The position numbers and the translations under genes were made by a program. 62,268 nt of DNA from a virus (taxonomy: Duplodnaviria; Caudoviricetes): positions 1 to 62,268 of IMG/VR virus record IMGVR_UViG_3300012927_000093. The stretch is one strand, 5' to 3'. The notes beneath the pieces were generated by a model. That model saw nothing but the letters and a program-made list of their open reading frames with translations, was not told where the DNA came from and did not search any database. Below, one piece after another: positions 45,279-56,381 of the stretch (position 1 is the stretch's first letter; each line of letters begins with the position of its first letter).

Positions 45279-46387
45279 TTCGCCACCTGCTCGTCGGCCG
45301 ACTCGAGCTCGCGGCGGCGCTTACCGAACCGCGCCTTGAGCACCTCGTTCCAGGCACCGGCCGCCTTAGCTCGCTCGTAGGCCATCGTCAGGTCGAACAC
45401 CGTGCTCACGTACTCGCAGGTCACCGTGAAGTCTTCGACCACGCTGCCCGCCACGATCGAGTTCTTGCCCCGGGCGTTGCGCCACTCGTAGCAAGCCCGC
45501 GCCACCTCGGCGGCCAGGGCGTACTCGGCGAGGTCGACCCAGTGCAGCCGAGCTTGCCCCGACCCTGACGCGACGTGGAAGATGACCGCCCAGTCCTGGC
45601 GCGGCGGCTCGTGCTCCCACGGCGTGCGGAGCTTCTGGATCGGGTCGTACGGAGTGCCAGTCGCGTACGCCCAGCACTGAACCCCGAACTTGGACCCGGC
45701 GAAGTCCATCGACCCGGACGTCTTCACGTCCCCGATCAACACCGAGCCCGGCTCGATGACCGCGACCGTGTTGCCGCCCTTGTCCGTGACCGGCAGCGGA
45801 ACCAGCACCTCGACCGCCCGGTCCAACGTGCCGGCGACGCGGTGGTCGTCCTGCACCACGAACAGCTCCGAACTCAGTACGCGGAAGCCCTCGGTCAGCT
45901 TTCGGTACGCGGCCAGGTCGGGGCGCCACTGCTCCGGCAGGTGCCCGGGGTCGCGTCCGAGGTCGACCATCTCGAACACGTCGTGCAGGCTCGTGCCGAT
46001 TGAGGCCTTCGCGCCGGACTCGACGACCTCCATCGCGTCCTCGCACAACTGGTCGAGTTTCCTCTTGGCCGCCTTCGCCTCGGCGGCCTCGCCCTCGAGC
46101 CCGACCTCGGCCCGAGTCACCGCAAGGCCAAGGTCGGACCGACGGGCGATGCCGCGAGCGACTTGGCGCAATTTCCATAGGTCGAGGAGCTTGCTGCTCT
46201 CGAGCGGAGAGCCGTAGGAGGACGCTCGGCGATAGCCGACCTCCTTCGAGCCATCCGGGAGCATGATCTTTGGCCGCTTCCATTGGTCGCGGTTGTTGTC
46301 GATCGCTTGCGCGAACGCGAACTTGCGCGCGGCGACTGGGTCGGTGGGTGCGGGTGTTGATGTTGACTGGCTAGCGCCCTTGATCAT
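45275..46387 (-). CDS. PD-(D/E)XK exonuclease (recombination)
   Basis: GTSLH, SELFVV, AGTLDR, IGDVKTS, Q.WAYA. Confidence 0.8.
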   Translation of the reverse strand: MIKGASQSTSTPAPTDPVAARKFAFAQAIDNNRDQWKRPKIMLPDGSKEVGYRRASSYGSPLESSKLLDLWKLRQVARGIARRSDLGLAVTRAEVGLEGEAAEAKAAKRKLDQLCEDAMEVVESGAKASIGTSLHDVFEMVDLGRDPGHLPEQWRPDLAAYRKLTEGFRVLSSELFVVQDDHRVAGTLDRAVEVLVPLPVTDKGGNTVAVIEPGSVLIGDVKTSGSMDFAGSKFGVQCWAYATGTPYDPIQKLRTPWEHEPPRQDWAVIFHVASGSGQARLHWVDLAEYALAAEVARACYEWRNARGKNSIVAGSVVEDFTVTCEYVSTVFDLTMAYERAKAAGAWNEVLKARFGKRRRELESADEQVAK

Positions 46388-46472
46388 TTACTGGCTCCTC
46401 GGCTTGATCTTGAAATTGATCGGTGCGGGTTGCTGCGGCCCGTGCGCCCCTCCCTTAAGGTCGGGGCGCCCG

Positions 46473-46685
46473 CCGCACGGGGTGGCCCAGCGATCACCGC
46501 ACGAACCCGCACGGACCCGCACGTGCAGGTCAGAGGCACCGCACGAACCCGCACGGACCCGCACGGCCGTGCGGAATTGGCACCCGCACGATCTTCATTC
46601 GATCTTGGATTCACCCGCACGTGCAGGTCAGAGGCACCGCACGGACCCGCACGAAATGATCTTGCGACATAACCGCAGGTCAGGG
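46473..46685. repeat. Iteron array, probable replication origin
   Basis: About 11 direct copies of CCGCACG, often at 10-bp spacing; a duplicated ACCCGCACGTGCAGGTCAGAGGCACCGCACG unit; GATCTT repeats; directly downstream of the primase-helicase. Confidence 0.75.
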
Positions 46686-46724
46686 CGTTGCGAAGTGGAT
46701 CACTGTTGGATCTTGAAACAGGGG

Positions 46725-48938
46725 TCATTCGGGGTCCCCTTCACGCTGTTCCCAGACGTGATTTCCGGTCTTGCTCGCGCCCTTCACTGGGTGCAGTCGG
46801 TCCAGGTCGATGAGCGATTGCCAGGCCCGCTGGACGGTGTCCTCGGACCACCGCGGGTCGCCCTTCTCGTCCGTGTAGAGACGGAAGACCGCCTTGCGCG
46901 CTTGGGTCAGGCTGAACCCGACGGACCCCCTCGCCGAGTACCGCATGAACCGGGCGAGGGGCTTGATTGCGTTCGCGCCCTTCCCGCTGAACACCTGGAT
47001 GTCGTCCGGCAAGATCGGCTGCAGCGGGTCGTTCCAGTTGTCGTCACGCTCGAAGTCCGGTGCGACGGCCCTGATCTCGTCCTCCTCCAGGGGGACGCAC
47101 ACGGCCGGGGGGTCCACGTCCGGGCCGTGCAGCACGGATGGGACCTGGACCAACTTGAAGGCCCACTGCGTGCCCTCCGAGCCCGACTTGTCCCGGGTGA
47201 CCTCGACGTAGCGGATCCCGTTCTCGTTCGTGACGCGAACCTCGGTCTCGACCCCGCCCTTCTGCGCGTTCGAGCCACGTACGCGAGAGTCATCGGTCAG
47301 TCCGGAGTGATCGATCAGCACGACGGCGGCGCCCTTGGCCGTGTCGCGGATGCGGTGCAGCACGCGCAGCATCTGCCCGTAGTCGTCGCCCTGGCTCTCC
47401 TTGCCGGCGAACATCAGGTTCTTTGTGTCGAGCACGATCAGGTCGGGCTGGTCGCGCTCGACCAGATGCATGTACTGGCTCGCGCCCGCGTCGGTCAGCA
47501 GGATCGGCGTCGGCAGGACCGAGAACCACTCGTCCAGCTCCGCGACGTCCACGTCGTGGTACTTGAGCCATGCCTGCGTGCGCAGCATGTTGGTGGCCTG
47601 GCCCTCGGCCATGATGTAGTGCACCTTGCGCCGACCGAGCGAGCGGCCGCGCCAGTGTTTGCCGGTGGCCAGGCACAGCGCGATGTCGAGCACCAGGAAG
47701 CTCTTGGCCGCCCCGGGCGCGCCGAACACCACGCTCAGCCCGTCGCGGTAGAACATCCTGGGCACCAGGTACTCCGGCGCCGGCGAATCCAGGAACTCCG
47801 ACGCGGACAGCAGCCGCAGCGGCTCGCGCCCCTCCAGGTCGAGCTCGGCCCTGACTTCCCGCCGAAGCCGCTCCTTGCGCTTCTCGGCCGCCTTCTCGCG
47901 CTGGTAGGCGGCCTCGAGCACGTCCGTGTCAGACGGGTCGTCCGGGTCGAGAACGACCCACGGAGAGTCATTGGCCTGCGTACGGGCCTCGTCGTAGACG
48001 ATCGTTCGGTCGTCGTCGTTCGGATTGGCCCGCCACACTTCGCGCACCGCCTGTTTGACCTGGCGCAGCATGGTGACCTCGTCGATCAGCTCGCAGTCCA
48101 CCAGGCGCCAGCCGTCCAGCGCGGCGAGGTAGAGCGAGTGCCGGAATGCCTCCCCGTTGGGCTTCAGTCCTTCCGGAACGGCCAGGGTGGAGACGGCGGC
48201 CAAGTGGCGCTCGTACTGCGCGCGCAGCACGTCCTCCGTGCCGTAGCGCGGATCGTTGTTCCAGTCGCCTGACCGAGAGGACGTCGCGCCGCCGGCCGAA
48301 ACCAGATCCAGCTTCCGCTTCGGCGACGTACGTAACTGCACTTTGATCCAGTCGGGCAGCGGCGCCGGCATGGCGAACGCATCCTCGGCCTCATAGACGT
48401 GCCCGGACCAGTGCACCGAGCCAGCGGCCATGACGTAGCCGCCGCTGCCCTTGCCGCCGCGTACGTCGATGTGCCAGTCCTCGAGGGCGCCGGCCGAGTT
48501 GCCGAACTCGTTCCGAGGGTCTTCGAAGTAGTAGTGCCAGCCCCGCGAGGTGCGCACTCGGTAGGTCAGGGGCACCCCCTCGCCGATGGATGCCGCGAGC
48601 TTCTCTAGCGCGCCGAGCGTGTCCTCATCCAGTACGAGCAGGCCGGATGGTCCGCAGGCCAGCCCGACGTTGCGGAGCTGGCTGCCGAACCAGAGGTTCA
48701 ACATCCCGTCGGTTGGCTCGGACGCGGTCATCGTGCCCCAACCGCCGACGGGGTGCTTGCCCCGCTTGTCCGACGGACAGTCTCCGAACTTCTCCCGGTT
48801 CTCCTGGCACTTCTTCCCAGTGCCGGCGCAGACCGGGATGAGGGGATGGTCCGCCGGGAACGGGCGCCAACCCCGGGTGGCGACCATGTCCGCGACTCCG
48901 CGCGCATGTACAGGTAGGTGCTCCACGGCCGCGCTCAC
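46725..48938 (-). CDS. Bifunctional primase-polymerase fused to a RecA-type (AAA_25) helicase
   Basis: GKHP, NVGLACG..GLLVLDED, RTSRGWHYYF, IDVRG..GYV; GAPGAAKSF, LIVLDT, LIDHSG, RGSNA. Confidence 0.9.
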   Translation of the reverse strand: MSAAVEHLPVHARGVADMVATRGWRPFPADHPLIPVCAGTGKKCQENREKFGDCPSDKRGKHPVGGWGTMTASEPTDGMLNLWFGSQLRNVGLACGPSGLLVLDEDTLGALEKLAASIGEGVPLTYRVRTSRGWHYYFEDPRNEFGNSAGALEDWHIDVRGGKGSGGYVMAAGSVHWSGHVYEAEDAFAMPAPLPDWIKVQLRTSPKRKLDLVSAGGATSSRSGDWNNDPRYGTEDVLRAQYERHLAAVSTLAVPEGLKPNGEAFRHSLYLAALDGWRLVDCELIDEVTMLRQVKQAVREVWRANPNDDDRTIVYDEARTQANDSPWVVLDPDDPSDTDVLEAAYQREKAAEKRKERLRREVRAELDLEGREPLRLLSASEFLDSPAPEYLVPRMFYRDGLSVVFGAPGAAKSFLVLDIALCLATGKHWRGRSLGRRKVHYIMAEGQATNMLRTQAWLKYHDVDVAELDEWFSVLPTPILLTDAGASQYMHLVERDQPDLIVLDTKNLMFAGKESQGDDYGQMLRVLHRIRDTAKGAAVVLIDHSGLTDDSRVRGSNAQKGGVETEVRVTNENGIRYVEVTRDKSGSEGTQWAFKLVQVPSVLHGPDVDPPAVCVPLEEDEIRAVAPDFERDDNWNDPLQPILPDDIQVFSGKGANAIKPLARFMRYSARGSVGFSLTQARKAVFRLYTDEKGDPRWSEDTVQRAWQSLIDLDRLHPVKGASKTGNHVWEQREGDPE

Positions 48939-49555
48939 GTCCCGAACCGCTCGGATCGTGCAGCCCTGTACGCCGCGTCGATGTGACGCCCCTCGAATGG
49001 TGCGTACGTCTTGTAGCCCGCGCCGTACTCGCTGCCCTCGTGTGCGCCGTACAGCGCCAAGTGGCACTTAGCTGTGCCCATCAGGGTGTGAGCCATGTTT
49101 TCCTGGCACCAGTGGCGCTGGCTACCCAGGGAGCAGTAGGACTCGTCTCCCCACGGGTCCGCCGAGTCGCAGAACGCAACTGGCCACGTGCGCGGCTCGA
49201 TCCCGTACGCCATCAACGGGGATTCCCAGGTGCGCATCTGGTCCGCGTAGCTGCGAGGCATCCCTCGGGCCACAATCAGGGGTGTATGAGACTCGGCCGC
49301 GAGCGCTGCGTGGCGCGCGTCGATCGGCGAGTTCGGCGGCTTCACCTCGAACCACTGGTGATAGCCGTAGTTCTTGATCTGAGGGATGGAGATTCGGAAG
49401 TCCGGCAGGTACTTCCCGGCGGACGTCTCGAACCCCTCCGGTTCGTGTTCCCATTCGACGCCCATGCGGTCAAAGAAAACCGCCCAGCGAGCTTCGCTTC
49501 GAGACCGGAACAGGCAGCCCGCGTACTCGGTCTCGATAGCCTTGATCCCGTTCAC
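48935..49555 (-). CDS. PD-(D/E)XK nuclease-like protein
   Basis: IETEYAG..FRSR.EARWA.FFD...W.HEPEG...YLPDF...EVKP. Confidence 0.8.
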   Translation of the reverse strand: MNGIKAIETEYAGCLFRSRSEARWAVFFDRMGVEWEHEPEGFETSAGKYLPDFRISIPQIKNYGYHQWFEVKPPNSPIDARHAALAAESHTPLIVARGMPRSYADQMRTWESPLMAYGIEPRTWPVAFCDSADPWGDESYCSLGSQRHWCQENMAHTLMGTAKCHLALYGAHEGSEYGAGYKTYAPFEGRHIDAAYRAARSERFGT

Positions 49556-50004
49556 GCCGCACGCTCCCGCTCGGCCGCCGGCGCCACGTACGCAGCCAGC
49601 TCACGACTGTTGATGGGCCTGGGTGCGTACTCGTCCGCGTGCCGGTCGCGTAGCGCGAAGTCGAACTTCCAACCGCTCCCCGGCCGCCGGAGCCAGAACA
49701 CAATCACCGCCCGGCGGTCCGCGTGCATTGCCCGCAGCAGCACGCCGTCCACCGTCTCGACGGTGGTGATGCGCTTGCGTTTGCCGTTGCCGTCCGGCTC
49801 CGGCGACAAGCCCCCGAACGGACACGCAAAGGTGTCGAACTGCAGATCGGTCCGCCAGCCCTCGAGCTTGCGCAGGAGCGACCGGGCGGCGGGCGGCAGC
49901 TCTCCCTCGGCGCGCGTGTTTGTACCAGCGTCGGGGTGCTGGTCAGATAGCGGTGGCACGGGAGGTCCGCCTTCGGTGTCGGTCGTCTCCCGGTGTTGGC
50001 GCAC
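49552..50004 (-). CDS. Hypothetical protein
   Basis: 150 aa; start uncertain. Confidence 0.55.
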   Translation of the reverse strand: MRQHRETTDTEGGPPVPPLSDQHPDAGTNTRAEGELPPAARSLLRKLEGWRTDLQFDTFACPFGGLSPEPDGNGKRKRITTVETVDGVLLRAMHADRRAVIVFWLRRPGSGWKFDFALRDRHADEYAPRPINSRELAAYVAPAAERERAA

Positions 50005-50086
50005 TAGGAGGCTGATCAGTTAGGAAGGGAGGCGAGCCGGTGGGGTCTCGTGGGTTGCGGTTCCCCACCGGCCTGCCGCGTCGTGC

Positions 50087-50323
50087 CTAGTCGATCCGAA
50101 ACACTTGCTTGATCTTTCGAACATCGCTCGGCTCAGCGCTGTGCAACATCGCGTGGAGCTGTAGCAAGATGAGCCCAATCCACTCCGGAGCTGGGACTTG
50201 GCCCTTTACCTCAGGCAGAGCCATCTCGCGCAATCGCGCTTCGATCTCCTGGGCCAGGAAGAACCGGGCGCCGACGGGAGTGTCCCGCCACGTCCGGACC
50301 TCGCTAGCCTTTTTGATCGACAT
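50087..50323 (-). CDS. Hypothetical protein
   Basis: 78 aa, coupled to the SSB-like gene. Confidence 0.5.
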   Translation of the reverse strand: MSIKKASEVRTWRDTPVGARFFLAQEIEARLREMALPEVKGQVPAPEWIGLILLQLHAMLHSAEPSDVRKIKQVFRID

Positions 50324-50324
50324 C

Positions 50325-50738
50325 TCAGAACGGGGCCTCGTCCGAGTCGACCGGCGAGTCCACCGGCACTACCTTGAACCCGTTCGCCTTAGCCAGCGCC
50401 GCCTCGGCCAGCGCCACGTCCCCGGCGTGCTCGGCCTGCAGACCCACGGCCTTGCGGGTGCCGTACACGTCCAGGCGGCCCACCACGTCGTCGCCGACCT
50501 CCTGCAGCTTGTTCCGGATCCCCGCCTTCAAGATCCGCTCGTCCTCGTACACCGTGCCGGCCATCGAACCGGTCAGCACGATGACGCGGGCCCGGACAGC
50601 GGCCACCTCACCGTTGCCGAAGTCCTTGGGCGGCTCGATCGCCTTGACGGTGCAGACGACGGCCGCGTTCTCCGCCGCCAGTCCCGCCCAGTCGATGTAG
50701 TCCGAGTCGACCGTGGTTGAAGCACCCTTGAGGGCCAT
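50325..50738 (-). CDS. Putative single-stranded DNA-binding protein
   Basis: Beta-rich core with acidic C-terminal DSDEAPF tail; RBS AGGAG. Confidence 0.65.
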   Translation of the reverse strand: MALKGASTTVDSDYIDWAGLAAENAAVVCTVKAIEPPKDFGNGEVAAVRARVIVLTGSMAGTVYEDERILKAGIRNKLQEVGDDVVGRLDVYGTRKAVGLQAEHAGDVALAEAALAKANGFKVVPVDSPVDSDEAPF

Positions 50739-50756
50739 CTTGATCTCCTGTTTCTC

Positions 50757-51044
50757 TCACTGCCCGCGTCCGGCGGATGCCGGCCGGGGTGCCTGTTGAC
50801 GGGCCCGTGTGCAGGCCCGTTCGAATGCCGACAACGTCATGCCGAGCTGATCCGCTGCCTCGCGGCGGACGCAGCCCCGGGCCCGCAAGATCTGCCACTC
50901 GGCCAGCACGTCGCTGCTGCGCCGGATCTGCCGCTCGAAGTCGAAGTGCGACCCGCGCCAGTGGTGTTTGCCGTAGCAGGAGGTGCACAGCCCCCGCGCC
51001 GCGTGCCGGTCGAGCACCCGCCCGCACTCGTCCGCGCACATCAC
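50757..51044 (-). CDS. Zn-finger + HTH protein
   Basis: ARGLCTSCY; REAADQLGMTLSAFERA. Confidence 0.6.
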   Translation of the reverse strand: MMCADECGRVLDRHAARGLCTSCYGKHHWRGSHFDFERQIRRSSDVLAEWQILRARGCVRREAADQLGMTLSAFERACTRARQQAPRPASAGRGQ

Positions 51045-51225
51045 GCCGCACCGTCCACGTCCGCGACCGGCAACATCCGCCGCACCTCCGTGGGCGGTAC
51101 CCGCCACTGCTCGCTCACCGACCCGTCCGCCCCGATGAGCAGCGCCGGCCCGGACGCCGAGAACTGGATCAGCACCTTGCCGGCGTCCGGCCCGTGCCGA
51201 AGAACCCAGGTGCGCGGGAACGTGC

Positions 51226-51426
51226 TCACCGCAACACCCCCGCCCGCAGCGCCAGCAGCACCGCGTGCGCCCGGTCGTTCGCACCGATCAGCCGGTACAG
51301 CAACTTCAGCTCGCGGGTGACGATGGACGTGGACACCTTCATTCGCTCACCGATCTGCGCGTTGGTCATGCCCTCGGCGACGAGTTCGAGGATCCGCACC
51401 TGGCGTGCGGTCGCGGTGACGCTCAC
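51226..51426 (-). CDS. Stand-alone LuxR-type HTH regulator
   Basis: TARQVRILELVAEGMTNAQIG...S..IV...LYRLIGANDRAHAV..A.RAG. Confidence 0.85.
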   Translation of the reverse strand: MSVTATARQVRILELVAEGMTNAQIGERMKVSTSIVTRELKLLYRLIGANDRAHAVLLALRAGVLR

Positions 51427-51764
51427 GCCGCCATCTCCACTTCCGCCGCCAGCAACTCCGCCAGCTCGCGCCCAGCTCCCGTGAGCTGCCAGAAGATCGC
51501 CGGCCGGCCGCCGCCCTGGTTGCCGATGCCCGGCACCTCTTCGACCACATCGACCAGACCGTAAAGACGCAGCTTCACGAGCCAGCGCGCCGTGTTGCCC
51601 TGATCCTGTTTGGTACGCTGCGCGATTTCGCCCCCGTAGCTGCTGCCGTCGCACCAGAGCGCGCCGAGCACGGCCGCGATGCCGGGCGATGGACGGCGTC
51701 GGTCACCGAACTGGCCATGGGTATTGCGGGCGGTGATCCAGAGGCGTTCGATGTCTGCGGTCAC
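51423..51764 (-). CDS. Winged-helix (PadR-like) protein
   Basis: SYGGEIAQRT...L..L...GLV...GRP..FWQLT.AG. Confidence 0.7.
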   Translation of the reverse strand: MTADIERLWITARNTHGQFGDRRRPSPGIAAVLGALWCDGSSYGGEIAQRTKQDQGNTARWLVKLRLYGLVDVVEEVPGIGNQGGGRPAIFWQLTGAGRELAELLAAEVEMAA

Positions 51765-54700
51765 GCCGCCACCTCGCCGTCACCGAGGAACCGCGCGTAG
51801 ACATAGCCGTGCTGGGCATAGGCCTCGAAGTCACCGGCGGGCCGGAACGCGTACAGCGCACCGCGGTTGATCTGGCTGACTGTGCACCGAGCTCCGTCGC
51901 GGGTCTTGCGCACGACCAGCAGGCGCCACTCCCCGCGGTTCGCGCGCAGCTGCTCGGCTTCGGCAGCCCAGGACACCCGGTTGACTCCGCCGACCAGTAA
52001 CCCGGAGGTGTTGGGCGCCATCACGCCACCGGCCTTAGCCCGGTAGCCCACTCGAACCGCCGAGCGCGGTCGACGTCGTCCAGCGCCAGGTAGTAGTTCG
52101 TTCCCCTGATCTCGACGATGACGCCGTCGGTGGTGTAGTTCCCGTAGTAGCCCTGGATTACGCCGATGCCGAACTTGGTGAACACGACGTCGTTCTTGCT
52201 GAAGTCACGCATGACTCTCTCCTTGCGCAAATGCGTGTTCGAGCCACGCGGCTACCAGGTCGGCGTTACGCAGCGACACGGGAAAGCCAGTGCCCTCGAA
52301 CTCGCCAAAGGTCAACTTGACGGGGAAGGTCTCGTGGCAGAGCGGGCAGGGAAGCGTCGTCTCAGCCACGGTGAAAGCCCCCGTGGCTGTGCGCGCCCTG
52401 GTGGTGCTCGCCTACGTGATCGGATCCATGTCGTCCGGCGGGATCAGGGTGGTGTTGTGCTCCCCCGTCGGAGTGATGTCCGTCCAGGTGACGGTTCCGT
52501 CCGGATGTTCCTCGATGATCACCGTGTAGCCAGTGGCCGTCTCGTACGCGTCGATGACCGCCGTCAGGAGACGGCGCAGTCCAGCGCTCATGGCGTTGCC
52601 CTTCGTCGGGTCGAATGTGGTGTTGCCTTGAACTTCCCCCTTCGAAATTCAAGGCAACGGGCCGTTGTGTTGAACTCGGTAGCGCAAAGTCCACGACCGC
52701 GATCACCGGCTTGACCGGCGCCTGAAACAGCGGCGGTGCACTGGCCACCGGCTGCGCCGTCGACAGCTCTGGCGGCACCACGACCGCGATCGGGCCGCCG
52801 TAGAAGCTGGCCAGCACCGCGAGCCCGGCGATCGGAGCCACGGCGCCGACGAACGCGCCGAGGCCACGGTGCTCGTGCGTGGGCGCGTAGACGAGACGGT
52901 GGCGGCTCATCGGCTGATCGCCCAGAGGAACGTGCAGAGCACCGCTGTGGCACAGAGGAAGAACGTGATCCAGACGGCAGCTTGGGGCCAGGTCATGCCG
53001 CACCGTCCAGCATGTGATCGAATTCCCCGGACTTGATCCCATCCACCAACACGCGGAAGGCGTGGTTGGTGTCGGAGATCCACTCATCGGGTCGCTCGGA
53101 GTTGCGGATCACGATGTTCCCGGTGAGGTCTCGGATCACCTGGAAACATCCGCCGTTCCCTGACCCCGAACCTTTCTGCCACTTGCTCATGCCCCGTTCC
53201 CCCTAGCCGTCTTGACCTGCACCGCGAGGTCGATCAGGAACCTCGTCGAGAAGTACGCGCCGGTGGCCAGCGCCATGCCGACCAAGATCCCGCCGGTCAT
53301 CGCCAGCGCCCTCCACCCGAGCGGGTTCACCGGTTGCCCCTGCGCTTGAGGTAGCGCCCGGTCAGCGTGGCTACCCCGAGCAACCCGACCGTCGCGCCGA
53401 GCAGGAACGAGCCGGTGGCCACCGCGACGGTCTTCATGACTCGTCGCCCATCAACAGCAGCTGCCACTCCATGTCCAGCAGGACTTGGTCGTCCTTCGGG
53501 GGCGGCATGACCTTGATCGGAGAGGAGAACAACCGCCCGATCTTGATGCCCTTGCCGATAGCGATGCCCAGGGCCGCGCCGCCGACCAACCAGAACACGA
53601 TTCCTAGCAACATCACTGACCCTGCTCCCTGTCTTGACGGTCGCGCCGCGCCTGCTCTAGCGCCTGCCAACCGCGGACAGCGGTGTCCACGCCCATCCAG
53701 ATCACGACGCCCACGCCGGTGAGCAGCAGCAGCACGATCAGCCACGCGGCCACGATCACGACGACGTTCATGTCGTCGCCCCCTTCAGGACGGACCGCGC
53801 CATGGCCACTGCCGCTTCGGTGTTCGCGGTGAGGCGGCCCTCGTAAAGCTCGCGTAGGGCTACCGCGATCTGCTCGCGCTGCGCGGCCGCGATCTCGGAG
53901 CAATCGAAAGCGAGGTACTGCGCCGCGGCGTACAGGTCGGTTTTGTAGTCGCTCACGCTGCTGCCCCCGTCTCGAGCGCAGCGGCTGCCTTCGCGGCCAG
54001 CCGCACGTCACCGAGCACCTTGAGCAGCGCTTCAGCGATCTCTTCCATCAGCCGGGCGTCGTCCTCGACGTCGAACTCGAGCGACCGGTCACGGCCGAAC
54101 TCGAGCGCCACGACCCGGCGGTTGTTGTGAAAGGTGATCTGGTCGGTGAGCTGAACCCATTGGCCGCCCCGGGTGTGCTTGCCGACCAGGGAGACGGGCA
54201 TCCATCCGCTGCTCACGCGGCACCGCCGATGACCATTGCCGGGTAACCCTCGGGCGGATCAGGCACAAACATGAACCAGCCGTCGGGCAGCTCGCGGAAC
54301 GTAACGTCGGAGGTGTGCCCCTCGGTTGCCTTCCGCAGCGCACGCGCCGCGTTCTTGCTCGGGGCCAAGTAGCCCGCTGGGGCGTTGCGGTAGTCCAGCC
54401 TGACCGAGTACTTCCACTTGCCGGTGTCGGTGAAGACCTCGGCTGGCACCCTGGCCAGCCAGGAGCCGAGGAGTTGCTGGACGTCGCGCCCGTTAGCTAG
54501 CTCAGTGGCGATGGCGTCGGCGAGCTCGGCCCGGGTGCTCACGCCGCACCGTCCAGCAGGAACGTCTCCGCGTCGGCCAGCACGCCGAACACGTGCTCGT
54601 CGGTGTCGTGGCCGGTGCAGTAGTTGGCGAACACGTCCCAGCACTCACACTCCAGGACAGCGCCACCTGGACGGACATGCAGCTGGCTGGCTACCTCGAT

Positions 54701-55414
54701 GAGACGTAGATCGATCATCTTGCGGACCACCTGCTGCGCGTTCACGCGGAGATCCGCATCAGGTGCCCGAAGCACTTCGCGCAGCACGGCCCGGCCACGT
54801 ACCCGGACGAGAGTGGGGCCGGCCGACGCTCCGGCGACTCGAAGTCGAGGCCGCAGGCCACCCAGTAGTGCGTGTTGTCGTTGGCCAGGAACGCCCAACG
54901 CAGGGCCCGGTGTACCTCTGACCAGCTCGGGTCCGTATCGCGGACGGCCATCTCGGAGGTGTGCACGTAGCCGAGCTCGGTGACCCGGCGAATCACGGCG
55001 GTCACTCCGACACCGCCGGCGCCAGGTCCACGCCTGTCTTGCAGAACGTGGCGGCCTCGAACCCGATGGGCGTCTCGGCGCGCACGTAGGTCACGTCGTG
55101 GTGCGTGATCTGCGTCCGCGGCACGGCCGTCTTGTCCGCTACGCCAGTGAGGCGCTCGCTCGGCGACTTCTGGGTGACCGTGTTGTCGGACGCCGGCTTG
55201 GGGCGCGGGCGGGGACTCGGGGGCGTCACGCGGCACCGAGCCGGTGCTTGCCGCCGTTACGCTGGGCCTTTGGGGTAACCAGGAATGTGTTGCTGGTACC
55301 TACGTGGCCGGCGAGACGCGACTGGTGAGCGCCTCGGTGACGCAGGGCCACCAGACGGTTGATGTTCGTCACCAGGTGTAGCGCGGTCAGCGGCTGAGCT
55401 ATTAGGGTATGCAT
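51761..55414 (-). other. Dense array of small early-gene ORFs (many under 100 aa, some single-TM)
   Basis: Consecutive overlapping stop/start codons on the minus strand; no recognisable domains apart from DUF397. Confidence 0.6.
52993..53190 (-). CDS. DUF397 protein
   Basis: WQKGSGSGNGGCFQV...IRNSERP...F..LVDGIKSGEFD. Confidence 0.8.
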   Translation of the reverse strand: MSKWQKGSGSGNGGCFQVIRDLTGNIVIRNSERPDEWISDTNHAFRVLVDGIKSGEFDHMLDGAA

Positions 55415-55456
55415 AGCGGGCGGTCGTACCTTCCTGGTCGGTGTGCTCGTTACGAG

Positions 55457-55500
55457 GAAAAGAGAGCCGTTTCTGCTGCCTAGGCGGGCGGCTCTTTTTC
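55457..55500. terminator. Intrinsic terminator after xis (A/T tracts on both sides)
   Basis: GAAAAGAGAGCCG...CGGCTCTTTTTC. Confidence 0.75.
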
Positions 55501-55511
55501 GTGCGTGTAGG

Positions 55512-55718
55512 TCAGGCGGTCATCCGCTCACCGCGCATCCATGCGTTCACCGCATCCCGGTGAACGCGCCAGATTCGGCCTTTGCCGCGTTGGTGGCCCA
55601 GAAGATCACCGCTCTGCAGCGCGAGGTAGATCTCGGTGCGCGAGACGCCGGTCATGGACTGGACTTCGGCGGGTGAGAACCACACGCGGCCGATCACTGA
55701 GCTGTCACTGTCTGTCAT
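55512..55718 (-). CDS. xis: Excisionase/Cro-like HTH protein
   Basis: FSPAEVQSMTGVSRTEIY.ALQSGDL...WRVHRDAVNAWM; first leftward gene. Confidence 0.8.
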   Translation of the reverse strand: MTDSDSSVIGRVWFSPAEVQSMTGVSRTEIYLALQSGDLLGHQRGKGRIWRVHRDAVNAWMRGERMTA

Positions 55719-55774
55719 CTTCACCTGCCTCGGAGGGGGGCATTTTGAGGATCCTGAGGGGTCCTTAGATGTGC

Positions 55775-55919
55775 CAAACAGTATCGAGCTGTGTCGAGGA
55801 GTGTCAAGCGTTGATGTCAAGTTGTGTCGGTTGGACGCTAGCACTCCTTGACAAAGATCCGGACCTACCTAGACATAGGCGCCCTTGCGTTTGACATCTC
55901 CGCAGGTCAGCCTTGGTCA
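55775..55919. promoter_or_regulatory. Divergent lysis/lysogeny switch region
   Basis: TTGACA/TAGACA hexamers at 55802 and 55815 (minus strand) and 55848, 55870, 55891 (plus strand), between xis and the repressor. Confidence 0.7.
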
Positions 55920-56381
55920 ATGGGCAGCGACGGGGACCTTCTGAGGGCTGCGCGCGAGCGCCTACGCCTGACTCAGGGGGAGCTGGCATCCAAGGTCGGA
56001 GTTAGCCGGGCAACGGTGGGTAGCTGGGAAAAGGGCACCCCACCCCGAAGTAGCCTTGGCCTGATACGCGAGGTGCTAGGGCTCGACGAGCACCTTCAGC
56101 CGGCCGGCTCGGGGGAGACCATGAACTTCGCCGCGATGACCAACGGCGAGCTCGTGGCGCGCATGAACACCCTGGTCGCGCAGCTGAACGTGATGTCGGT
56201 CGAGGTGGCACGCCGGTTGAAGGATGGCGACTTCGACACAGTCGACCAGGCCGCTGCCAGCAAGGCTGGTTACTCACAGCGACTAATCAACGGCCGGTTC
56301 ATCATGGACGTCGAAGACATCGAGCTGGACCCGCCGGACGACGAGGCGGGCAGCGCCGAAGGATCTTCCGTTAGTCAGTGA
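55920..56381 (+). CDS. XRE-family immunity repressor
   Basis: LRAARERLRLTQGELASKVGVSRATVGSWEKG. Confidence 0.85.
   Translation: MGSDGDLLRAARERLRLTQGELASKVGVSRATVGSWEKGTPPRSSLGLIREVLGLDEHLQPAGSGETMNFAAMTNGELVARMNTLVAQLNVMSVEVARRLKDGDFDTVDQAAASKAGYSQRLINGRFIMDVEDIELDPPDDEAGSAEGSSVSQ

Noticed and set aside
46473-46685. Possible CRISPR or mini-array
   Set aside because: Repeats are 7-10 bp or irregular, with no unique spacers of constant length and no cas genes; iterons fit better
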